Below the pieces are notes generated by a model, which was given only the letters and a program-made list of their open reading frames with translations, had not been told where the DNA came from and did not search any database. Source: Enoplolaimus lenunculus (Eukaryota). From it: 64,000 nucleotides of DNA. Below, piece by piece: positions 23,609-37,007 of this stretch. Positions within the stretch are counted from its first letter, which is position 1. Every line of letters starts with the position of its first letter. Made by a program: the position numbers and the translations under genes. Location of the stretch: positions 434,001-498,000 of the forward strand of contig JASANG010000932.1 of NCBI GenBank assembly GCA_030248215.1. The letters are read 5' to 3'.

Positions 23609-24289
23609 AGATGTTGATTTTTCAATATTGATGTACTGTAGCGCTACCGATAGAAGGGGGCATCTTATTCGATCATTCGTCCTGAAATGCTTAGTGAGAC
23701 ACATTATTAGCGATAGTTCGAGCAGCTGATAGGAAGTTATAAATTAATGAAAAAATTCTTAATTTTGAGACAGATCTTATTTTGGACTGAATGGTAAATT
23801 GTTAGTGTGAATTTCGTTTGACCTTAGATGGTTTTTGGAGCATTTAGGTAGGCCAAACCACGCTAGACTCTGCTTGGAAATTGGGAATCTACAACCAAGC
23901 CAATTAGTCAAACAATCAAATTCAATTTTTAATTAATTTCATCAGTAGTTGTCTAACAAAGCATATGCGCGAACAAGAAAGAGCGAAAATTACATAGCTA
24001 ATGGTGTAAAACGTAATGAACCAAAATGAGCTTATGAGGATTTGAAACTGAATTTTTGAAATTATACATCCCAGATGCGTAAGGTCATTTGCATTTTAGA
24101 ATAGCCGAATTGCGAATCATATTTAGGAGCACTATCATGTTTTTGAAGATTGCGTGATCTGTATATAGCTGAATTGTTAGTATTTTGTTTGTATTTATCT
24201 TTGTTGAATATATGTTTCTATCACATTGGATGTTTGAGTAAACTGTTGTCTGACCTAAAATCCTACATTGTACATACGGACTGTATATT

Positions 24290-24345
24290 AATTATTATTA
24301 TTATTATTATTATTATTATAATTATTGTTGTTATTATTATTATTG
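24290..24345. repeat. (ATT)n microsatellite
   Basis: Read directly. Confidence 0.9.
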
Positions 24346-26723
24346 TGTCGTTTTGTGTGTTATTTTTTGAGAATATTTGTTGATTACCCGGTAGGTTTGG
24401 TCGTCTCCCAGCTTTTTGAAGGATCCGGCGTTTGTATAGCTATCCGCTGAGGTATGTGATATTTTGATTGTAAACATACAACAGAGTGTGGTCCGATATT
24501 TACATGGCTAAAGGCGGTTTCGTTTTCATTGGTGGTCTCATGATTCGCAAGTTTAGTGTAAGCTCGTACGATCCTAATTATTACCTTAATAAAGTTTGGA
24601 TTCCATGTAATTTAAGCATCGTTTGAGCTATTGCAGATATAATTTTATGCAAACAAGTGATAGAACGAATTTAATGCGCAACCAATATTGAATGTTGCAG
24701 TACTGCTTCATTGCGTTGAAGTTGGTATTGCAGTTGCAAATATTGCAAACTGCGCTGTTTGCATCGCGTTAACGTTCAATGGACAAATAACCTGGGGTGT
24801 GAAGAAAGTGTTGGTAGAATTTTTGATTGAGAAAAGTTAAGAATTTTATATTATTTAATGTCCATTGTTATTATCAAGAGCGGACGATGCATACTTTAAC
24901 AAGAGTATTCAACTGGGTACATTCTGTGTAGAAATGAATGTACTCGGCACGCGTTGCGGTTTCGGCCGAGCCCACCTTTATTTAGAGGGGGGTACAACCG
25001 CTGTGAACCATGACACTTTATGTATCCGGCAACATAAAATGATCCGCTAATAGTTTAATTTAGGGGTATTGCATGTGACAGCGACCCCCAACCTATAAAC
25101 AAGGGGAGTCTGCCAAAAATGCAACGGCCAGTGGTACATTTTGTACCAGGCGGAACCCCAAGTGTTGCACACTCTTGTATCATGCACTCTTGGGGTATTA
25201 TTCTGTAATATATGTGTGAAGTTTGCTTTTTTTACTAACATAAAGTATGTCAGTAGATGTCCGTTCTATGAGAGTACGTACGCTGTATTTTGTAATGTTG
25301 TGGTTAATTGCCGAATAAGTTTTGTGGTTGCCACTGTTTGAACCAGGGACCAATCCGGAAAAATTGTAGGGATTTAAGACTGGTTCGCCTTTTGAGGTAC
25401 AAGGTTAAGGTACATACTGAATACGAATATAAGGAATATTCGATTCGAGCGAACGACGCAAGGAACGACCGGATAGCGATATCCGGCTACGGTTTTCGGT
25501 ATAAACCTACCGGATATTTACGGTTGTGGTGCCGAATATTATAAAGTTGCTTTTTGTACAAGTGAGCGTCTGTAACATCTTGCTGCGATAACATTTCTCT
25601 GGCCAAGTCAAGAAGTTAATTACGTCAGAATTAATTTCTGTTTATTAGCAGCAATTATAAAGCATATAACAGACACGAACATTAAGCACGCTAATAATGC
25701 GACGAAAAAATAAATAATTTTAACACATATAATATCCGGTTCCATTTCCGGTAAACCGTATCCGGTTCCGTTTCCGGTAAAAATTCGATATCCGTATCCG
25801 GTTGCGTTTCCGTTAAAAATTCGATATCCGTATCCGGTTCCGGTATCCGGTAAATTAATATACGGTCGCATCATGTGACGGCGTTTCAAAATTAACACAC
25901 GTGAATGATACGAAAGGGTGGAGGTAGACTTCACGGAAATAAACCTTCCCACGATCCACCTCTTTGAGTTATTGAGAGCCTGTTTTTGATTCTGAAGACT
26001 TCGACCCGGGTTGATTAAAAATAGGTTCGATTTGTAAGCGATGTTGAGCTGGTTCATACATCGGTTGCAAATGTACCAATTGACACAAATCCGCAAACGA
26101 AACGAACGAAACGCATAGCGAATGTGTTTGGACTCCAACTATTCGATTAATTTTAGCTTCGGTTCTAGAAAAGGTTTCAAATTGATTTTGTCTTTCAACC
26201 CCGGACCCATTTTAGTTAAGGCATCCATCTCTTTCCAACTGGGATGTTTGGGAGCGCTTACCACGGCCATAATACGCCGAATGACGTATGATGATGATGA
26301 TGGCCTGTGAGCCTGTTAACTTTGAAAAATATATATTTCGTAGTTATTTTGGTATCTTCGTATTTTTCAATTTATTAAATAATTAATGAAGACCACCTGT
26401 TAACCGTGTATGAGTTAGCAAATCAGATTAGGGTATGAAATCAGAACGGAACATGAGATCGGTAAGTCGAGGTATTTCGCTAGCTTAATGCCCTGGGATC
26501 AACCTGGTCGATTTGAGATGATTGGTCGGTGTTTTAAGAAAAATACCATCATTAAATTCGAAAGGTCAAAATTTACAGTTTTTCGCAATTTTTTTTTGCA
26601 TTTTAGCAGATTTTTTGCTAAAATTTGCTATTTATGAAATTAGGGATGGCGAAAATGTAGTTTTAGCTTTCAGTTTTGATGTGTATAAACAGAAGTTGTT
26701 GGTTGGCAGAGTCACCGGGTTCA

Positions 26724-27155
26724 CAGGGATGTGCGGTCTCGGTCTTGGTCTCGGTTTCGGTTTTTTGAGTCTCGGTACGTTTCAAACCCGAGACCAAAGG
26801 AGAAAGACAAGTACCCGTTATATTTTTTCTGCTCAACGTTCACAATGAACGGACGTCAGTTGTATTTATTGATTTTTGACTATAAATTTTTTGCTGTTTT
26901 TAGTATTAATATTGTTACTAGCAAATTTTTCAAAGATCTTTGTGTTTAATATTATAAATTCTGAGCAGATGTAACATCTTATTATACTAGAGTGACATAA
27001 AAGTACGAAAAAAAACATTCGAAACTTTTGTGAGAAAAAAATTTTATTTTTATGCTCGGTAACGGTCAAAAATTGACCGAGACCGAGACCAAACAGTCTA
27101 GGTGTCGGCTGTCGGGTCTCGGGTTTTGGTTTTTGACCGAGACCGCACATCTCTG
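26724..27155. mobile_element. hAT-like MITE (CAGGGATG..CATCTCTG)
   Basis: Subterminal ggtctc/gagacc repeats; degenerate 8-bp TSD cgggttca/ccggttaa. Confidence 0.55.
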
Positions 27156-27885
27156 CCGGTTAAGTTACCGTTTGTTACGGTGACGATAACTGGTATACTT
27201 TTCGACTGGTGCCATTGTGATTAAATAGCTAACACTTGGCGGAGTCGCTGTTGAAGTGCCCCAGGGTGATTGTTATGGAGTCGTGTTGGAAAATAGTCTC
27301 GGCTCGTTTGTTGTGTCAGCGTTAAGCCATGCATGTAGAACCATGATTTTGGAAACGCAGGGTTTACGATCTGTATCAAAGTTTCGAAGGGTGGCTATTT
27401 TGTGATACAAACTACAAAAACTACCTGCAATTTTAAAATATGTTTAATAAAAAACAAAGGGGTGTGTGTACCATGAACCCACCCCCCAAGTTTCCATGGC
27501 TACTACTTTATGTTAAGGATTGTTATACTTTTTATGTGCGAATAATTTTGTGAATGATGCGATGAGGCAATATATTGTTTTTGGTACAAATTGTGCTGTG
27601 AAATTTAATGTTTATGATGCTGTTGTAGTTTAAATAGCACCGAGTCCAATATGAACTCGCGTGGTTCGTAATAATTAAAATTCATGAATATATATATATA
27701 TTTGTAAGCCTAAGCCAAGCTTAATTAAATCAGACCAAACAAGACTTTTAGTATTCGTTTCATTATTACTCGGGAGAGAGTAACAAGTAAACATTTGGCT
27801 TTGGTTGGGTTGATAACAAATCTTGCCATGATTTTTAGGAAGTGAACTGTTTTTGTATATTTGTTGAAAATTAAAAAATTATAAT

Positions 27886-28294
27886 TAGGGATGCGCCGAT
27901 TTATCGGCAACGGCATCGGTAATAATCGGCAGTTTTCGTGAGTATCGGCAATAGAAAAAAAATTGCCGATTTATTGCCAATAGTTTTTGCAAATATAACA
28001 ATCAGTTGGAATGCTATCAGTGTCATTTCTGGGCGCATACCTATGTGTCTGGTCCGGAAAACTGTTTCTCTTTTGCGTTTTTGTTTGAAAAACTAATTTA
28101 AATGAACCATTCTTATAAAATTTTAATCGTTTGTGATGGTTAGAGTTTAAGTCTTCATATACTGATGTAATCTAGTATCCTATCTGTTTATTAAGAATGG
28201 GTTACTAAAGTTGGAATCGGCATCGGTTCGGCATTGGCAAAATTTCAAAATAAGAATCGGCATCGGCAAATATTTTAGTATCGGTACATCCCTA
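27886..28294. mobile_element. hAT-like MITE (TAGGGATG..CATCCCTA); inverted partial copy at 28753-~29015
   Basis: atcggc subterminal repeats; degenerate TSD attataat/attttgat; interior is reverse-complementary to 28800-29010. Confidence 0.6.
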
Positions 28295-31200
28295 ATTTTG
28301 ATTGTTTGTATCTTAAAAAATTTAAGTTCGGACCAGAAATATATTTTTTGGTTTATTGGAGTTTTTTTTTGGATTTTGGCTATCGCATGCATGTTGTTTG
28401 TATAATTGATGGAATATGTGAACGTAAGATTCTGAATCCAAATATTATAACATTATTGCTTTTGATAGCGGGTGGGGCGCTGCCAGAAATTTGTAAAAAG
28501 GATTACGTTTTATTAAAATTCTGAAGATGGTTGCGTTGTTGCCAACTAATAAGGTTCCTAGAAACCCCGGGGACAAAAATCATCGGGAAACGGGGGCTGA
28601 CTTGTTTTTGAACGGCGTGGTTTCAGACAACGAACAAACGATGCTGGAACTTTTCTCGGTAGCAAAAAAATTTTCAGGGGCAATGTTGAGCCCTCCCCAT
28701 TGGTCAACTGTAGCTACCGGCTGTCGCTTAGGTGCATGCATTGGGTATACACTAGGGATGTGCCAATACCAAAATGTTTGCCGATACCGATGCCGATTCA
28801 TATTTAATATACAGATAGGATACTACATTACATGATTTATATGAAGACTTAAACCCTAAACATCATAAACGAGTAAAAATTTATAAGAACGGTTAGTTTC
28901 AATTAAATTTTCAAACACAAACGCAAAAGAAATAACAGTTTTCCTAACCAGACACACTGGTATGCGCACAGAAATGAAACTGATCGCATTCCAACTGACT
29001 GTTATATGTGCCAAACCATCTAATATCAATGTTCGCCTTGTGGATCTCCGATAACCGATAGCTGATTAGTGTTACAGTGTATCCCCATATTTTATTTGAA
29101 GTTTAATTTGGTTGAATTCACTGAGCAGATGAGATAGAACATATAACTCTACGCTGGGTCGCACATTTTGAATTCATGAGTCGTATGTTCATTTATGTAT
29201 AGCACCCATAACGCTCTATTCACACGTGCAAGTTGCCAACGTCACAGGAAGCTGCTGCACTAAATTCACTGAAGTTGCATGGTTATTCACACATGTGATC
29301 TAAATTCCGAGCTATGATTTTTAATGAATTATTTGCAGCTGCAAGTTTTTCAAACTGGATTTTGGACAAAACTTGCAAGCGCACGTTGCAGCTGCAAGTT
29401 CTCGCAGCAAACACTTACACGTGTGTCACTAGGGCTTAAGATTTCTGGCAGGTTTTATGGCTAATTTTGAAACTAATAATCGCTTAAATGATTCTAAACG
29501 GGGTATTGTCGTTATAATCGTTTAATTTTGCACTGTTTTGAATTTCAAAAACACTAATTGTCATAGGTGGTCGAATGCTGCCTGTAAAAACAAGACATAA
29601 TTATAAATGATTTTTGCGTTTCAAACAGCATCTTTCAGTACGTTTAAAACAGATGGCGTTAAGGACTTGCCGATTAATCGGCATCGGTAATAATCGGCAC
29701 TTTGCGCAAGGATCGGTGTCGGCAAATTTTCAAAATGAACATCGGGATTGGCAAAAATTTTGGTAGCGCTATATTGCTAAACGGAACGTTTTTTTACTTT
29801 AATTTAAACGCGTTTGTCAAGATGCGAAAAGTGTTTTGCAATTTTGATGTGATTCGTACGCTGCAAAAAGATTCGTACGCTGCAAAAAATGGTGAATCAA
29901 ATTGACTCCGTTCGAAATAGGCTTTTCAGAACTACACAAACTGAGTCAAAATTCGACTCCGCCACTCAGTTAGTCAAATTTGACTGTGGCGGAGTCGAAT
30001 TGTAAACTTCACTTTGTGTAGTTCGGAAAAGTCTATTTCGGAGAGAGTCAATTTGACTCACCGTTTTTTGCGCAGGTAGTGTACGGTTGAAAATACCTGC
30101 GGTTTGTAATTTGAAAGCCTTGATTTGGAATATGCTCTCTAAAATTGTTTGATTATTATTGTATAATATTGCTTTGTACTATATTATTGCAACAAGCGTA
30201 TATTTTCATTAATTTCGAAAATTTACTTACTGTCATGTTTTTGGTAAAAATGTATATGTAAGTACTTTAGAGTAAACTTTTCATATTTGGTGGTATTTTA
30301 ATGCAGTGACGCTTACTGTAAACCTATCAGCGTGCAGCGATCGGAGGTAAAAATTACCGTAACCGAACGAATGGTGGATGCAATTTTTGAGGGCAGAAAA
30401 ATTTCCCTGCCAAAATTGCCGAAACCACCTGCCTAAAATTTGGCCATTGTCGGAGGCAGATGAGGTGTAACCTGAAACTTTCGTGTATTGAGCACGTTTG
30501 CGTTTAGGTTTTCAGTAGACAGTGTTGTTGAAATGTGTTCTAGAGAAGTTTGCGGTCATGAAGCGGAGCAAGTTTAAGCTTTAAACTAATTTTTTTCTTA
30601 GATCTTGTGGTTAGACAAAATGTGACAGGAGCAAATTATGACAGAGAAAATTTGGCACCGGCAACTATGGTACGACACCGGCCCCAAAGGTGTTGAAGGT
30701 GAAGTGTAACTGCCAAACGTTAGTTAATTCTACACAAATCCGAACTGTTCGTAACTATTAACAAGGATGTCAGCGAAATATTTCCGTTGATGACGTACGG
30801 TTGACATATTGCTAAAGTACTTAAAAGTGGTCACAAATCGGTTAGCGACTAGTTTTGAGTCAGGGTCAAGTAAATTTTTTTAATTTTTTATTAACGGCGT
30901 GGCTAACACACACGTGTACAGGGTTTGAGGCCGATGCTATTTATATATTGTGAACGGTGCATAATTGTAAATTTTGAACGTGATATAAATAGACACTGCG
31001 CAGCGCTTGGGATTACACGTACGTATGCGCAATGCAAAAGCTCTATAAGACGTCAAAGACCGTCACGTTTTGCGTCACAAGCTCTTTGTCAGTCGACTGG
31101 TGATGCTAAATGCCGTTCAGCCGAGTGGTCTGAATTCTTGTTGCAGTTAAACGTGAGACCAGTCGTACTGGAACTGCATGTATTGAGCGAAGCTTGAACG

Positions 31201-31782
31201 CACTTAAAGCTTATAAAGTACAAACACGCATATTTTGGCCCGCCGAGGTTCGTTTAATAATCAGTGAAATAATTCAAAAAGGTCTAGTTTAGGCTTGATT
31301 ATGCTAATATGGAAGTTAGCTAATTGCTATCTATCGCAATCACCGGTGTCAGAGGTTTGTAAACAATTTATTCAGATTTCTGGTTACCCAAAAACCATTT
31401 AGGACTGAAATTACACTGCTTGTAACCCAAATAATTTGTGAAATGCAGTAATATGTTCTAATTTAGGCTTAGCCAATTATGTAAATTAGTATGTAGCTAA
31501 TAGGCGACTTAAAAGTTTAAAATGCCAATGTGAGGTTAACGCTCCAGGATAATAAGCTTTGCAATAACAAAAGTTTATCAAAATCGGTCCAGTGGTTCCT
31601 GCGATTCTGTTCGGGCGGACGGACATCTACTTTTCAACCGCCGAATACAAATCATAACACGCTTCGCGAAACTCCGAGCTTCGCTTCGCTCAATGAAATA
31701 TGAAATATTCATACAGGAAATGGTTGATGTTTTAGGTTTTTCTGGCTTTACACTGGTTAAATTTGGTATGATATTTAGCAAA

Positions 31783-34700
31783 ATGGGATTCGATGTTAAT
31801 CGTTTCGAAGGCGATGTTGATGAAGAGCTTATGTGTCCGATTTGTAGCGGTGTACTTGAAAATCCAGTTCAGGTAGGTGTGTAGTGTTCATTTTTGATCG
31901 CCGAAATTTGGCACTGAAGCTGGTCTGTCTGTTTTTGTAAAATTTGCAGCAAAATAAGACGCCGAAACTTAAAGATTTTCTGCAATCGAGCGAGAAAACA
32001 GCTGTTAGCTTGGCAGACGATTGCTTGTAATACCTTTAAATCGCTATGCGGTTCCAGGTATTTTGTTTGAGTTTTATCTATGGACTGTTAGTTTGATAGC
32101 TGTTCGTTTGCGATTTGCAGGCTGAGCTGTGTGAACACGCATTCTGTCGCGTTTGTATTGAAACATGGCTGGAACAGTCGACAAGTTGTCCTGTTGATCG
32201 CGAGTCGTTACATCCACAACAGTTGTCGTCACCGCCAAGAATCTTAAAGAATCTACTCGCTCGACTGATGATTGCTTGTGATAATGAACGGTAAGTTTAA
32301 ATGTCTTATTCGTTAAGGGTTTCGAAGATTTATGCAGTTAAAAGGCGATAAAACTGGTTGTTCGCGTTATTTGTTGACGTTTGCTCACTGGGAGACTGGA
32401 GATTTAGCGATTAACAGATTTAGGCTTAGGCTTTGCTTATGCTTTGGATTAGTCTTAACCAAATGCTTATAATGTAGGCTTCGTGGACAGGCTTTTATTG
32501 CGAACACGGGCTGAACTGATATTTATGAAGCTCGCTCTTGTTGTGAGTACCAATTTATACATTTCATAGATTTTTAAAAGCTGGCGGCCGTTTTCTGTTG
32601 TAAAGTTTGGTTCAGCTGTACGAACCGTTCTATCGTGACAGTTGCAATTTTTTCAAAAACTTGCCATAACTCATAATCGCAATTATTTGAAACAAAAATA
32701 GATTTTTTATCGAAGTTAAATGGTAATTTTAGTTTTTTTAAATACATTGCTATCCTTTGCTGGTTTCGTTTATGAAACCCTTGACGTTCAGTAGAATTGG
32801 CGGTTCAGATCAAATCTAAATTTAGTCTCTTGACGTAGGGATGTCATCGCTGTGATATTGGATCGTATTCTCAACTATGTATAGCACTTATTGTCAGTTA
32901 ATACTCGATGTTGAAACAGTCGGTCAGCCGTAGCTGTGTATCTCAAATTCCACAAAGTAGCAGGGTTGATAAAATTAATGCTAAAATTACAGGATCTATC
33001 ATTGGTAACAGATTCTGACCACATTTGAGAATACGTGCAATTTTTGTTTGAGTTGTTTCATTCAGGCATGGCTGTGAAACTGTTGTACGATTAGATCAAT
33101 TAGAGGGACACACTCGTGATTGCCAGTTCAATCCGAATCGATTGATGCAGTGTCAACAAGGATGTGGGTTAAGTATTCGCCAGAATGAACTTGCGGTAAG
33201 TCACAGGCTTCGTATTTATCGGTGCATTCATAGAGTATATACTGCTATAGGCAGTGAAAGTACAAGTTGTGTACTTGAAATAATATATAATGTGCGGCGT
33301 GTAACGATGCTTGAGATTAAGTCTCAGATGAACAGAAGCTGTTCAATAAAGGAACGGTTGAAATGTTTTGAGGTTGTAAATGTGAAGTTTGATCGATGAG
33401 ACATTTTTTTGTTATGACACACAAGCACTATTCACTTGCGCCAGTTCTTGCAGTGATAATTTGCAACCGTATTGAACGTAAAATCAAAATTATTGTAGTA
33501 TGCAAGAAGCGCTTTGAGTATGCCTTTATAATATTATTTAACCTTGTGGGTTTTTCAGGAACACCGGTGTATTGAATCGTTAAGGCTTGCGTATGAAAGC
33601 CAACGGACAAATTTAGAATCGTTGATGAAGAAAGATGAAGATAAAGAGCGTAGGTTGGAACAATTGGAGCGTGATTATAAAGAGGTCAAGGTAAATAGTG
33701 TATAAACTTTTCTCATAAAATGTTCTACTAACTGAAACAGACTGAAGAATGGGAACTGAGTGATATTGGGTTTGCAGAAGAATTAATGTAATTTTGAAAA
33801 TTAATATTTGAATCGAGTTTTGGCTTCGACGTTTAAATTATGTTTAAATTCCAGGATACGCTGACTGCGCTGTTATCTGAACCTGGAACCAGCTCTGGGA
33901 TTAGCTCAAATACGGCCGCGTCGACTGATGAATTAGAAACTTGGGTTCGATCCCTGCCGCGAGCTAAAGTTAACCGGTGGGGTGGTATGATTTCGACGCC
34001 GGATGCAGTTTTACAGGTGGGTTGCGAAAGTTTGCAGGGGTAATTGCAAAGCTTGTGGCTTGTGCGTTTATCGACAAAACGTATTTTTTCCAGAAATAGT
34101 ATATTATGCGCAATGCGCATTAAGACGTCCACATACTGCAAACGAAACAACCTACCCGGACAGCAGTGTATGTGACATTAGGATTTTTTATTAATTTTTA
34201 AGGTCCCGGAATGGCGTTAAGTCAATGCTTGCCTCCACTTTTTCGTATAAAGCGGTGCCTTTAATCAAGGTGTTTTAAGTTTGGAAGACTTTTCTAGTCA
34301 AGAAGTACACATATTTTTATTTTAAGCGCTCACAAGTTCAACTATGTTTTAGGCTGCAATTCGAAGATCTTTGATCGAAGCCAGTTGTCCGTATTCCGCA
34401 GTGCCATCGTTGCTGGGGCGAGCTCATGAACGTGAATGGCCCCGTGGTTTACAATCGCTTGAGGTAAACTTTTCATTTGTTAAAGTTCATAAGAAAGTAG
34501 GTTTATAATTAAAGAAAGAATGTTGAATATACGTAATTTGATAATAGTATCAGCTAAGTGAACCAAATATGTGCAAATCAGTGTTCTTAGAGGAAAATTA
34601 GCATTCCAAATGTTGCAACCACTTTGACTAGTATCATTTATTTGCGTACTACTGCAATTATAGATGTGTATTTAAAACGCAAAAGTAAGGGTTGAGTATA

Positions 34701-35057
34701 CTTTTGAAAGACGCTTGGTGTCGATGGCTGACCACGACACACGACAAGTATAACGCCACCCTAAACGTTTCAGCGACTGTTAGTACGCGCTCGTATGATA
34801 GCGTATTTTTGCATTTCGGAAAAACGATCCAAGGCTTTCAAAGTATTTATGTTTAAGATATGCATAATTATAGTTTTTTTTGCTTCAAATTGCAGGTCAG
34901 ACAAAACAACCGAAATCAGTACAACCGATACGTATGCCGTCGGATTCCAAACCGTCAAGCTGTGCTAATTTTAGCTTCCGAAAATCAACACATGTCACGT
35001 GATTTGGTTGTTGAACCAGCGTTGGTTGTACTGTTTGCTAATGGAGTGGAAGGATAA
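31783..35057 (+). CDS. RNF41: E3 ubiquitin-protein ligase NRDP1/RNF41, 7 exons, ~318 aa
   Basis: Exons 31783-31872, 32121-32290, 33066-33195, 33559-33690, 33855-34016, 34353-34463, 34896-35057 (957 nt). MGFDVNRFEGDVDEELMCPICSGVLE, RING CEHAFCRVCIETWL..CPVDR, zinc-finger CQQGCG, coiled coil, USP8-interaction domain WVRSLPRAKVNRWGGMISTPDAVLQ..AHEREWPRGL..EPALVVLFANGVE. Confidence 0.95.
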
Positions 35058-36330
35058 AGGTTTCATTTTGCATTTTTGCAGTGGATATTGAGACGGGGCA
35101 ATATTTTCGGTATCCTGTTTAGTAGGGTGCTGGTAGACAGTATACGGAAGGCATTCTTTAAAGGAACCTGGAAGTTTCGGGTGTATATTGTGACCGGGGT
35201 TATATATGTGGTGTCGAGTGAGTTTCGTAGTTTGATGTGGACTTTGGTTTCGAAATCCGACCTGAAAAATTAAAACGACATCTTGACTGTTCGTGGGGTT
35301 AGAAAGAAGTTGGACACGGAAGAGGAATGTAGCGAACTGCTGGGTGTCGTAAATATTGAGCTGGTTTCGCAAGTGATCATCGTGGACTGGAAAGCAGATT
35401 ACCTGACCAACACAACTGGACTTCAGGTCATAGACGTCTGGCACTGATGATCCCAGCCCCACATAGGAATGAATATGCTATCTTCGGGTTCGTGAAATGG
35501 GTCTTCTTTGGTTCTTTCGCATCGAGAAATAGAAATCGATGACAGATCCATGTTGGGCACTTGTCAATAGATGTTCTACAGTTTCCTTTTCATTGCATGG
35601 CTGTGCCGACATAATGCTGACTCAAACAATAATATATGCATAACTTCGGTCCACAAAAAGCATATGCATCCCAAACATGTATGATCATAGACTTGATTGT
35701 AAGTTAAGTATGTAAATGATAGACCGTGAGATATATTACCGGTTACGGCATATGTCGCTTTTTGCTAATAATCGTATTAATCACATTACTGATCGACTTC
35801 CATGATCAACCCAGTTTATTTCAATGTTATGCTGATGGTATTCAGGTACACGAAGTTTATTTTCATATTTTATATATTAATTGAGAGTTGAGATACTTAT
35901 TTACCACTATGTTTACTCCGATTTTGAAAAATATAGCCAGATGAAAATGAATTAACGCTAACAGATTTGATATCTGGTAGGACCAGGCATTATGAAGTCA
36001 AAACATATTTCGTTTGATTATTCAGCACTTGCAGATAAGAGGAAGCTATGCAAAACATTAGTGTTATTTCAGTTCTCACAGAAAGTGTGCTTCAAAATCT
36101 TATAAAAGTTAATTATTCGTTGGTAAAGTGAAAATTGTTCCAAATTTTTGAACCGTTAGTAGTACATGCACGTCAACTGTAAGATTTGGTGGCTCATATT
36201 TAGGTCTGGGGCGGACCGCTTTTCCGCCGGACTTTAATAGAGTATGGTTAAGCGTCAGAAAAATTTTGTTAGCTTACGCATATGTAGAGGCGTATCCTTA
36301 CGTTTAAGCTTAGGAATATGCTTATACTAC

Positions 36331-37007
36331 TGCGGCGTTCACGTTATAACTGGGGCAGCTTCGAACACGTTTTGTCCAAGTTGATTCGACGTCAACATAA
36401 AATTTTGTGATCCGAATAGCGGTTATGTAGACCAAATGTGAATGTCATATGACATTGGCTTACAAATCACTGATGTCAAGCGATCATCGTATACAAATAA
36501 TCATTTGTCATATGATACTGCGGGACATTTATGCGAATATCATATGATATTCCAAAATTCTACTAAATATCATATGATATTTATACAGGACAATGGAATT
36601 TGTGCACGCTAAATAAAACAGTAAAAAGTCGGATAATGCAGCATTAAATGATTTCGCAAGTTGAATTAGTTTCTACCGTTCTGTTTCTCGCTAAGTTTTT
36701 CCCAAAATATATCCCTAAGTACAAATAATTCAAATCTGTAATTTTAGTATCATATGACATTCTACAGTACAATCAAGCTAGTTTACCACAACTTTGCAGA
36801 CATTTTCAAACATATCATATGATACTCGCAGACAATATTTGGAATATCATATGATATTGCAGTACAAACAGTAGATGTCACATCAGGATAGCAGACAATT
36901 CAAATTTTTTTCTCATAGCGGATAAACGGTCAGACAAAATGTTACCAGCTATAGTCATAGGGACAAAACGTGTTCCAGGCTGCCCCAGTTATAACGTGAA
37001 CCCCGCA
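36331..37007. mobile_element. Second copy of the TGCGG-terminal element, nested in a subfamily-A MITE (~36200-37048)
   Basis: tgcggcgttcacgttataactggggcagc..gctgccccagttataacgtgaaccccgca; splits the MITE consensus atactac|tgtt. Confidence 0.7.

Noticed and set aside
25620..26138. 172-aa minus-strand ORF with GTGYGYRIF repeats
   Set aside because: The repeats come from ccggtatccgg-type subterminal motifs of a MITE-like element; there is no protein-family signal.
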